The notes under the pieces were generated by a model, which did no database searches, was not told where the DNA came from, and saw only the letters and a program-made list of their open reading frames with translations. Of a DNA stretch of 64,000 bases, positions 1 to 11,100 are shown one piece after another; position 1 is the first letter of the stretch; every line of letters starts with the position of its first letter. Source of the stretch: Ostrea edulis (lineage: Eukaryota); the NCBI RefSeq assembly GCF_947568905.1, contig NC_079165.1:77624001-77688000 (forward strand), read 5' to 3'. Both the position numbers and the translations under genes were made by a program.

Positions 1-745
1 CTTTGGCTAATATTGCTAACTTACTCCCCAAAACTTTTATTATTTGGTCTCACATTTTGCCTCGAAATAATTGGGTAAACTGCCTTGCGAACTCGGAAGG
101 TCAAAAGTGTGGACGTTGGATTAATGGTGCATGTGCAACATTTGTCATCAATACGTTTCGGGGACGAGGTGCATCAATCAGTTATCCAGATATAAAGGTT
201 CAACACAAGGAATTGTTTAATAGAAAAGACGGAGTACATTTGTCTGATTTGGGCAACAGCATTTTTATCAATACTTTAAGAAATGCCCTGGATCATTTCC
301 TTCATTGTAGTTTTGTTTTACCAACATTCCCTTAATGCTTGTCATGAGCCAATGTTGTGTTTGTGTGTGCAATTTGCATTTCATGTAATACATGTATACA
401 GTTTCATAGGGCGCGATTTGCGTCTTTTAGTAACTTATTTAGTTATGGGGTGCAATTGGTACCTGATTTCGGCACAATTGGTGCTTTTTGATATGCAATT
501 TGCATTTTCTCTTTTAAAATGCTGTTTCATAGGAAGCGATTTGCGTCTTTTCTGTAATTTTTATTGTCGTGCGGTACAATTTGTACCTAATTTCGGCACA
601 ATTGGTGTGCTTTGGGTTGTTATTTTGGGCAGCAAAATTGCCGCCTCAATTTTTGTGGCGGATGGGTCGTGCGACTCTGTCCCATTTTGTATTGCTTATA
701 GGAGTTATGAGATTGATCACCGTTCGTTATCTTCACCTTTCATGA
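1..745 (+). mobile_element. Probable 3' end of a tyrosine-recombinase retrotransposon (Ngaro-like)
   Basis: Hydrolase ORF followed by a ~125-bp imperfect tandem duplication (about 362-615) and the terminal-like motif GAGTTATGAGATTGATCACCGTTCGTTATCTTCACCTTT. Class inferred; RT and YR are not in the window. Confidence 0.4.
3..335 (+). CDS. C-terminal part of an SGNH/GDSL hydrolase-like ORF, cut by the window edge; probably transposon-borne (Ngaro/DIRS-type)
   Basis: IIWSHILPR and DGVHLSDLGNSIF (DxxH block V of the SGNH fold); intronless; followed by non-coding duplicated sequence. The TTG start is an edge artefact. Confidence 0.6.
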   Translation: MANIANLLPKTFIIWSHILPRNNWVNCLANSEGQKCGRWINGACATFVINTFRGRGASISYPDIKVQHKELFNRKDGVHLSDLGNSIFINTLRNALDHFLHCSFVLPTFP

Positions 746-2411
746 AAACAAATTGACAATAATAAAGAAGTAACTTATTATTACACACATCTCTTAGGTT
801 TAGTACCACCACAAACCACGATGGTTTTAAAGGTGTTTTCACACTATGTTTTTAGGAACTCTTATGCATGATTTGACTTTTTGCATGAAGATAATGAGAA
901 GAAGAAAAAAACATCGTTCTAGGTAACTTGTGTAGTTTTACAAATATGACTGAAATATTGGAAAGTTTTCATTTTAAGAACTTTAGAATGTGTATTGAGT
1001 AGCAATATTTCACTGGATTTACTCTCTTTGGGTATGGAAGGTCAAAATGATGTCATGTGATACAGATCCCCCCTCCGAAATTCTGAGATTAAGTCTTGAG
1101 ATTTAATACAGAAGAAATTACAAAACAAGAATTTGTGAAATTTTATTTCCTTGAAAAATTTATCACAGTCAACAGAACATACAAAAATAAATATATATTT
1201 TATACTGAACAATCTCCAAAGCAACAATGCATATATATAAATCTTGTATAAAAACATGTATATTATACAGCTGGATGGGACTGGTAGATAATACTAGGGT
1301 AAAGATTTCCGCTATCATTAAGATGTTGTCTCTCTGTTCAAAATGTTTCTTCCATAAAATTCCAGGAGATGACCACAGAAACATTCATTAAGAAATATCA
1401 ACAAAAAAAAAGGAAGTCTACAAAGAACAGTATTGAGAGATTGAAAAAACAACAACTGAGAATCTGAATGATGTAGAATACAAAATGGACCTTACACATA
1501 TGTGTAGTACAAGTTACATAGATGAGACAGCAGTCCAATGTGGGGTTTTTTATATATAAAAGAAAACAGAATTTTAATGTTATAAGTTTTCAGCAATATA
1601 CCAGCTATTATTGTATCTATACCTCACGCAGTTCGAGAATCTACACAGCGAGGTCACCTCCTATTGCAGCATGATCAAACAAACACCAATGTCAAGTTTG
1701 TCTTCATACACAGATAGAAATTCACACCGTAAAACAAAAGGATAAAACCTGCCATTCCAAAACGTATATATAAACTTTGAAATGTATACATTCAGCATAG
1801 ACAGAATAATTAACAGTCAAAATGCTCTAATTTTAAAACATTACAAAAGTTACCCATGAAACGTTAGGGCAGTATCTTATTCTACTGACGAGACTCAGAT
1901 CTATTCCTAATTCTACGTGAGTAATCAATATTCACGTTAATTCAAAAGAAGTCACCTGCAGAATATTAAGTCTCGTTTTAATAAATTCATCATTACTTTT
2001 GAAGTACATATAGCAATCATGATTTTATTTTCTCACAAATCTGATGTTAACGACAATTTTTCCAAGGTCGGTACTCGCAATAAAGATTCGCGCATACTGC
2101 ACCAGGAATCTTACAAAGCTGTGCACTTACTAAATCATCACACCCACGGGTGATGACAGGTCATAAATGTCTTCACAATAAGATTATCTGATTTGGATTC
2201 CTGTACATCACAACCCTAAATCTCTGATAACAATGGCCTTTTCTTCAAATAAAAGCTCAACCGGAGAACGCTACTTAAAATTACTGCAAGTAAAGTTGTT
2301 CATGATTTGTAAAATTGTATAAAAATCTATTCACATCATGCTTTTTTGCTCATAAAATTATTCCACACAATTTCCATGGCAACTTGAGATTATGTTGAAC
2401 TTCAAGAGGGC

Positions 2412-5400
2412 TTAAATTTCCAACGCAATGTCGAACGAATCGTCTTTACTTTTCTTCATGGATTTGGGTTTTGGGATGGAGGGTGGCTCCTGAATGGGGG
2501 ACCATTTTAGCATTTGATAATCGCTGGGGCCGCCTCGGTCAATCTCCTTTATCTTAGTTTTCTCATGACGCAACCTGCAGAGAGTGAATTCGAAAGAATT
2601 TGTTACTTCATAATAAATCAAAATGCAATGTCAATTCAAATGAACTTGTCTGAGACAAAAAGCAGAATTAGATGAGAATACTCCCTCCCCATCTAACATT
2701 CTCTGACAATACAAACACCAAGGACTCTCTGTAGACACCCTCCCCATCCATGGTTAACTTATACTATATTATTTTTAATGAAATGGATACTTGTTATGGA
2801 GGGGTTTAGGGTTTGGGGGGGTTGTGAAAGAAAGTTCATGGAAAAGTTGAACGGTATCCCAGCTTTTGTATGAAGTCTTGAAATAACTTGAACTTTGACC
2901 TTTTCACCCCAAAATAAATACAGTTCTTCCAGGTTTGATAACAAAGTTACATGTGAATTAGAGTGTCTACAAGCTTTTGCTATGAAGTCCCATCTTGACC
3001 TTGACTTTTTGACTCCAAATAATAGGGTTCTTCCTCCCTTAAGGTATCACACCGGTAATTATTTTCACTACATATTACTATCGAGGGAAAAAAATCATTA
3101 AAAATCAGTTTACAAAATTGATGCCGAATAATGCAGTTAGACATGTTCTATGTTACCTATCTCGTCTGCCGACACCAGAAAAACAATACCCTACGCGGCA
3201 TTTTCGAAAATAAATTGCCAGCAAACAAGACTATCCTCAAATCCACGTGTTTTTCACGTGTGTAAACAGCCGGAGTGCACCTCAGGAAGTAGCCTCAGCT
3301 ACCAACAGCAAATAGTTCCTTTGTATACACTTGGTTATTTCTACAAATTACACAAAATTTCCTAATCAGGGGTACAAAATTTTTTAGAAAAGAAGAAGAG
3401 GAAATGAGAAAAATCGTGCAAGGAAAAAAATATTTCTTTAAATATATGGAACTACAATTGACTAAGTTCATTTTGATTGGACAATTACTGGTGTGATACC
3501 TTAATAATGAAGCTACCTGTGAAGTATAAAATCAATCAAGCAAAACATGTGACCTACATGTATAGAATGTATACAAGCTCAGTGTTACACACTTAGTCTA
3601 GCTTGAATACACAATCACATACACAAACATTTCTGTTACTATGTCCCCTCTCACAATGAATTGCGATGGAATAATGAATCTGTGGTAAAGCTTATTTTTG
3701 CTGTCATTAAAAGCCTTGCAATTTTTGTTAACAAACAAAATGTGATGAAACCCACCATTTTCCTTTGTATGCCTTGGCCTGTTCTTCTGTGAGAGATTCG
3801 TCTTTGAGGATAGTCTGAAGTTTACGAAGTTCTGTAGCGATTTCTTCATCATCGATATAAAATTGCTCCTTCTTGAATGTAAACTGAGGAGCCTTCAAAT
3901 GACCCTGGATAATGGAAACATGCAGTGTCAGGTGCTATTAATAGCGATGATGTAATATCACTCAAAATTTGAAATAATGAGCATTACCAATACTCTGTCC
4001 TGAACTGGGATAATTATTTCAATACAGTAAAATGCAGTTATAGCAAACCTCCAGGGTCTGGGAAAAACAGTTTGTTATAACTAAATTTCATTATACAGTA
4101 AAACACAGTTATAGCAAATCTCCAGGGCGGCAGTGAAAAACAGTTCAATATAATAAAATTTTGTCATAACCAGTACAAGTTTTGTTATTTTCCTCTTACG
4201 GGGGAATGAACAGGCGTGCATTTGTTATAAGCATGTTCGTTATAAGTGTTTTCTTGTATCACCAATGTTTGGAATATTAACCACATAACGAGGTTTTACT
4301 ATACTGTAAAGTTCTTAGAAGGTTTCACTGTATAGACAGATAATCATATTTACAGACTTCATACCAACCAACCCTATCGCTCCCCATTTGAGGGGTCCAT
4401 TTCTGAATATTTTCAACTACAAAAACTCGCAATACCCACCTTCTAGCAAACTAATTGCCTACTTTCAGTTTGTTGAAGGTTGGCAACAAATATTAAACAA
4501 ATTAAACTTTCATTTTGTTGAAGGTTGGCTAGATATATTGGATAAATGAAAACAACAAAGTGACAGAAATTAGGGAACAGTTGTTTCCCTTACATTTTCT
4601 CCTTCGTGGATGATCTGTTGAGTATTTTGTTTCTCTTCTATCACGGGGTGCGATGGCAGGCTCATTGGGTCGATTAACACGTCATAGGGAACCATGGGAT
4701 GGCGATACGATGAAGGTTTATAAATGTCCCAAGAGTCAGGCTGACCAAATGTTCCTGGTGAAAACAGAAAAAGATAGTTAATTGCCTTTGAATATTTATT
4801 ATATATTTTTAACAGGAGTACTGCAAACAGTACATCATATACCTGTTGGACAGTGCTGAAAAAATTTCAGTGCAATATCTGTATCCATAATGAGTAAAAA
4901 GTCTAGGAAACTATTTGACCTACTCTTAGCCCTAAAGTAGGTCAAGGTACACCAATACAGCGAAAATGTGAACTGAACTTGTATTCCTCCGAGAGGAAGG
5001 TTGTGACTACATTTCTGGGCAATATCTGCATCCATTATGAAAAAAAAAATCTGGAAATCTCATCTACTTTTAGCCCTAAAGTAGGTCATGCATGCATCGT
5101 CGGATACCCACGGCTGATCTCGTCTGACGAGATCAGCCTCGGTATCCGACGATGTAGGTCATGGTGCACCAATCCAGCTGAAATACATACTCAATCTTAC
5201 ACTTCTCGAGGGAGAAATTGTGACCAAATTTCAACACTACATGCATCCATTATGGAAAAGTCCAAAAAACCTTACCTCGATGCAGACAGACAGCACCATA
5301 ACATAATATGGGGTGTCTGCCAACTGATGTATAAAAATTATATCCAGTGAAGTGACGTTTTAATCATTAAACCAATACTATATGCACTTCTTGTGGAAAA

Positions 5401-8070
5401 AGCTGAGAATTGCATATAAAGACTGAAATATTTACACAGTGGAAATAATTCAAAACTCTTATATGACATATATTTATGATCATTTTTTCCTTTCAAATTT
5501 CTATAGAGCTTCATGTGTCAAAGATGCATACAGTAGTTGACAGTATTTGGCAAGATGCCAAACACCGATTTGAATGGGCTGCATGTCAACTGCTGAAACA
5601 TGGAAAATGATCGGTGTTAGTATCTCTTGATCTAAAATACAAGTTGTTTATAATTTTATGAAAATATAAAGTTAACTGTAAATTTTCTTAAAATATTTCT
5701 CAGTAAATCATCAGAAGAACCCAAAAGAAACAAACTCCAGTTTTCCATCAACTAAAAATCATGTGACCTGTCTTTGCTGTTCCATTCAGTATTCTCACTT
5801 TAATACATGTTTATTATCAGAGATCTAAAACATAGTCAGTTGGTGTCGATGTAAAGAGCGACATTTATATGTATTTTTATTGTCATAATTAGTGGGGTAC
5901 GACTGTCACCAGCAATGTAAGAAAATTTTCATAATGTGCTTGCACGCATCATTTAATTTCCCTGTAATGCTGATGATTTGTCTTTATGACACAAAACCAC
6001 ACCTCAATACCCAAATAACTTCAATTAAAACCCCTATTATGAATTTCTTGATTAAAAAAATATTCACAATAAAGACCATAAAAAAACTAATTCCTTTCAA
6101 AGCCAAAACAAAATAAAACCAACAAATTTTCACTGATCGTGAAAATTGATTTTTCTGTGATTATTTTCTAGATGACAGACTTACCTATGTAGTCACCGTC
6201 GAAGTTCCACATGCGGACAGTGCAGTCGTTGGAGGCAGTCATCAATAGTCTGTGTTTCTCCACCAGCTCCATACACGTGATGCTGTCCACGTGTCCACGC
6301 CAGCTGTGTAGCACTGAAAGACAATTCAACTCCAATCAACACGGAAATAGTTACCTTATTCACCAGAATAGAATAATCTAGAATGTTCTACACTAAGTGG
6401 AAGTAGGTATGGGGGTTCACAATTTTATATCTGGATTTGAATTTCACTGAATCAGAGATAATTTAGCCCAAGTCCCAAACAGATTCATATTTCATTTACT
6501 TAGCTTATTAAAACCTAACAGGTGCATTGACAAAGCAACTGCATTCATAAATAAGAGGGCAACAACCACAGAGAATGGACAATTTTCAGTCACAAAAACT
6601 CATTCAAGGCTATCGGCTCGGGTGAGCTAAAAAACGGCATGGTGTTATGGGTGCATATTTATATGTGAATACAACATATTCCTCTAATCCTTTATAGTGC
6701 ATGATAGTATTGATGTAGTACACGATAGTATTGATGTGTATCGGTCAGCCGGGTTCGATCGCCGGTGGCCAGACAGCTCAGTTGGTAAAGCACCTGACTA
6801 GAGATACAGGGGGCCTGGGTTCGAATCCTGGTCTGGTCCGTTGCGTTTTCTCCCTTCCTGTTACATTTGGTGCCGTAGACCAGCCCCTGGAACTGACAGG
6901 TGAAAATGCCTGCCAGGGGATTAAGATCCTAGGTTGATGTCTTCAGGTGTGAAGACATTTAAGTAGGGAGGAATAAAGCGGTCAGCCGGTTTCGATCGAC
7001 TGTGGCCAGATAGCTCAGTTGGTAGAGCTCATGACTAGAGATTCAGGGGGCCTGGGTTCGAATCCCAGTCTGGTCCATTGCATTTTCTCCCTTCCTGTTA
7101 CAGATGTAGTACATGATAGTATTGATGTAGTACATGATAGTATTGATGTAGTACAACACATGTAGTGCTAATTCATGAGAGTACGTGCCAAACAAACAGT
7201 AGCCTAAAATTCCACTAAATTTTGAATTCACTAAAAATAAGTACATAATACAGAAGTTGATTCCTTTATGCTACAAACATTCATGACAAACATTTGTCTT
7301 TTTTCATTCTAAACAAGATATACTGTGAGCAATGCTCACTAAGAATACCCCCTGCTTACCCCAATCTCCCAAAGGGTGTTGTTAATAGGTATACATTACC
7401 TCTTTCCTGAGTGTAAAAATATGGTATGCATTTGTAGAAGAAAATGGAAGATATAGTCCAAACACAAATCCATGGCATAAACCTATAATTTTGACCTTGA
7501 GATCAAAGGTCAAGGTCATAAAGAGGTCATGAATGTACATGACACATGGTGATACACTCATGTCTTATGGTATGACTATGTCAAAACCCTATAATCAATT
7601 TTGACCTTGAGGTCAAAGTTCAAGGTCATATAGAGGTCATGAAGGTACTCGACACATCGTCTCATGGTGATACACTCATGTGTCAAATATGATATGCCTA
7701 TGTCAAAGAACAAAGAGGTCATGGCCCGGACATGAATCCATTGTAAAAACCTTTAATTTTGACCTTGAGGTTAAGGTCATATGGAGGTCATGAAGGTACA
7801 TGACACATCGTCTCCTGGTGATACACTCATGTGTCAAATATGGTATGCCTATGTCAAAGAACAAAGAAGTTATGGCCCGGACACGAATCCATTGTAAAAA
7901 ACCTTTAATTTTGACCTTGAGGTCAAGGGTCAAGGTCATATGGAGGTCATGAAGGTACATGACACATCGTCTCATGGTGATACACTCATGTGTCAAATAT
8001 GGTATGCCTATGTCAAAGAACAAAGAAGTTATGGCCCGGACACGAATCTGCACAGACGGACAGACGGATG

Positions 8071-8103
<33 letters not shown>

Positions 8104-11100
8104 ATACCCCCCAGAACTTCGTTCGGGGGGTATAATAAAGACTCACACACACATGAAGACATGGACACATTCAAACCTTGAAGATGGGGTTGAGGTTAGG
8201 TGGGCCGTATGAAAAGTGAGGAGTTTTATGATGATACGTACATTCCGGGGGGTCCTCTTCTGCTGCAATCAGACAGTACCCAGAGATGTCAAACAGGAAG
8301 ATGAACCCCAAGCTGTCCCCCACCATCAGCGTGATGCTGTCCTCGTTTCCTTCTGTCGTATCCGTGATGGCCATTGTGCTGATCATTGCACCCCGAGTAG
8401 TGGACTGTAAAATCAAATTCTCCTGATGAGTGATGAATATTGCCTTCTCTTTTTACATAAAACAACTGAAGTATCCGCAGTGAATACAGTAAAATACAAT
8501 TACAGTGAAGTGATTTTTATTCCTTGTAGTTTTATTAATGGATATTGGATATAACAAATTACATTTATAATGAATCAAAACGGTTCATACCCTGTTCTTC
8601 GCTATAAGCATGTTTTACTGTAAATCCATTATATCTACCGATACCTGAGAAAACTATTGTTAATGGATTCTAAAGAAATCATTGAATAATTAGAGATAAC
8701 CTTGATACCTTAATTTTAAACAAGATGTATTTGTAAAACACAGATGCCCCCGACAACAGCAGAGCGTATATTAGCAAATCAGTGGACACCTACAGCATGT
8801 ACAATGTACCGCTGAAACGGTCTTGTTTCAGGAATTAAAGCGAGGGTGATTCTCAAGTTCTTTGGTGTTTGTCAGTATTTTAACTTACCCTGGGAACTGA
8901 GCCATGAGGGTGCTGTTTTTCAGTATTTTAACTTACCCCTGGGAACTGAGCCATGAGGGTGCCGCCCTGGAAGACGTTCCAGAAATGAATGTGCGCCCGC
9001 GGCCCACTGGCAATCAGAGAGGCCGAGTCCTTGTTGTACGCACGACTCTGGATAAACAGCAGCTTGTTGATACTCAGGTCTCCATCCACTGTGAAAAGTG
9101 AGTTCATTAATTAAACCCATCTCACGACAAAATAAAATTTGTTTGCTAAAAAAAAGCTATGAGGCGAATACCGAAGAATATATATGCTGAACAAATCCAC
9201 AAAATTTAATGACAATGTGTTAAAAAATAAGAAGAAATAAGGGTGTAGACCTCCACAAAATGGTGAGAGTGGGTGATACACAAGACAACTCACTGTATCT
9301 CAGTCATAATAGTATAGTCTCCACACACTATCAACTAGCTTATAATAGTATAGTCTCCACACACGATCAACTACCTTATAATAGTATAGTCTCCACACAC
9401 TATCAACTAGCTTATAATAGTATAGTCTCCACACACGATCAACTAGCTTATAATAGTATAGTCTCCACACACGATCAACCAGCTTATAATAGTATAGTCT
9501 CCACACACGATCAACCAGCTTATAATAGTATAGTCTCCACACACTATCAACTAGCTTATAATAGTATAGTCTCCACACACGATCAACTAGCTTATAATGT
9601 TTCTGTCCTCAAACCATTCAAATCTTACAGATTTTACAATTACCATTACAATGTTCATTAGATAGAAATGATTCAGTTTTACTCCTTTTGAAATAAGAAA
9701 ATTACCGTACATAAAATGCATTACTTATCTGTGCAGTAATATTGTAGAAAAAAATATGATTATGATTGAGCTTACATGATTGGTCCTCGTAGTCACTGGG
9801 TAACGGCGCAGAAAGATGACAGAAGATGTGACCAGAAACCATGTTCCACACGATGATTTCTCCGTCGTATCCGGATGTCGCCAGCAGATTTGGCGGACAT
9901 TGGGAGACAGACAGGATGTCTTCCCTGTGACCGTCCTTCTACAAAACAAGAAATCCTTCAAGGATGACTGACCTTACTCAGGATATTATGACTTCTTTAA
10001 TCACTGAATCTCCCCATTTCTTGTGAATACCAGTTATAATAGAGGTCAAAGTCACAAGGTCAAGCTGAAATACTGTAAAATCATCAAGGGGGTGGGGTAA
10101 TTTTTGGAGTTTTCTATCTACAAATTCAAATTTCTCCACAAATAAAAGAAACCAGGCAAAGGATAAAGGAATATGTTTGTATCAGCTCATTGATCATCAT
10201 AATTACATATATGGCCTTATCAACGCTTATGCTTATTTTTCTCAGGTCAAACTACGAAAATATGGTCCAACAAAAGTAACTGACTCTACAGCATCACAAA
10301 GAAATGACTGACTCTGCAGAATTCATAAAACAGGGATTAATTGCTGTCATTCTCACAAAATAAATGTTGGTTTTCCTCAACTTACCAGATCATCCGACCA
10401 GTTCGGATTCGGATGCTGTACATGATGGATGTTGACATCAGTCACAGAATCCGAGTAAATATTGATTCTTTTGTCCCATCCAACAGACACCACATATCTG
10501 AAACAACACATACACATACTGTAAATCATTTTATTTCAACAGTGCTAAATTTCATGGATTGATAAAAGGGTACTATTTAACATTATAGTTTTGATTTCAA
10601 GCTATCTGAATTTTTTCATCATTGTTGGACTATTACAAAATCAACTTTGGATTTAACTTCGAAGATAATTCTTCAACCATGCAGCAAAGACAGGTAGTAT
10701 TTCCCTCAGCCTACAAAACTTTGTGTTATTGCCCTCAACCTACAGAGCTTTGTGTCTTATTGCCCTCAGCCTACAGAACTTTGTGTTATTGCCCTCAGCC
10801 TACAGAGCTTTGTGTCTTATTATTGCCCTAAGCTTACACAGCTTTATGACGTGTTATTGTCCTAGTTTACTAAGCTTACATAGCATAGCATTATTTTAAC
10901 AACATGGAGCAGGTCCTCCATGAGCATTCAACATAAGATCTGGGAATATTTTGTGTTACAACAGAGATTTTATATCTTTTCCTGTATTCAGGTTCCCATC
11001 AAAAGTACAGCCATACTTGTGATTCCAGATCAAAAGTAGTCAATGTCACTCAAATGTTTGAAAACAAATAATCATGGTCATTTGAATGTTTGATGCTATA

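Larger units (their letters stand above)
6737..7102 (+). mobile_element. TRIM (miniature LTR retrotransposon) with tRNA-derived LTRs, Helenus type
   Basis: 129-bp LTRs at 6737-6865 and 6974-7102 (TGT..ACA; about 15 mismatches), PBS-like TGGTGCCG at 6868, polypurine tract AAGTAGGGAGGAA at 6961-6973, 4-bp TSD GATG, non-coding 108-bp interior. Confidence 0.88.

Noticed and set aside
283-756. 157-aa hydrophobic ORF
   Set aside because: Overlaps the hydrolase ORF and runs through a T-rich duplicated non-coding region; no recognisable domain.
6767-7076. Two tRNA genes (Ser-AGA-like)
   Set aside because: They lie inside paired LTRs, have an 8-nt anticodon loop, lack the serine variable arm and carry stem-breaking mutations; treated as element-borne tRNA-like sequence.
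7703-8212. Overlapping ORFs of 155, 90 and 63 aa
   Set aside because: Translations of Helentron internal repeats and the GACA microsatellite.
9260-9661. 133-aa and 92-aa ORFs / CRISPR-like array
   Set aside because: Translation of a head-to-tail 36-bp minisatellite; no unique spacers, eukaryotic intron.
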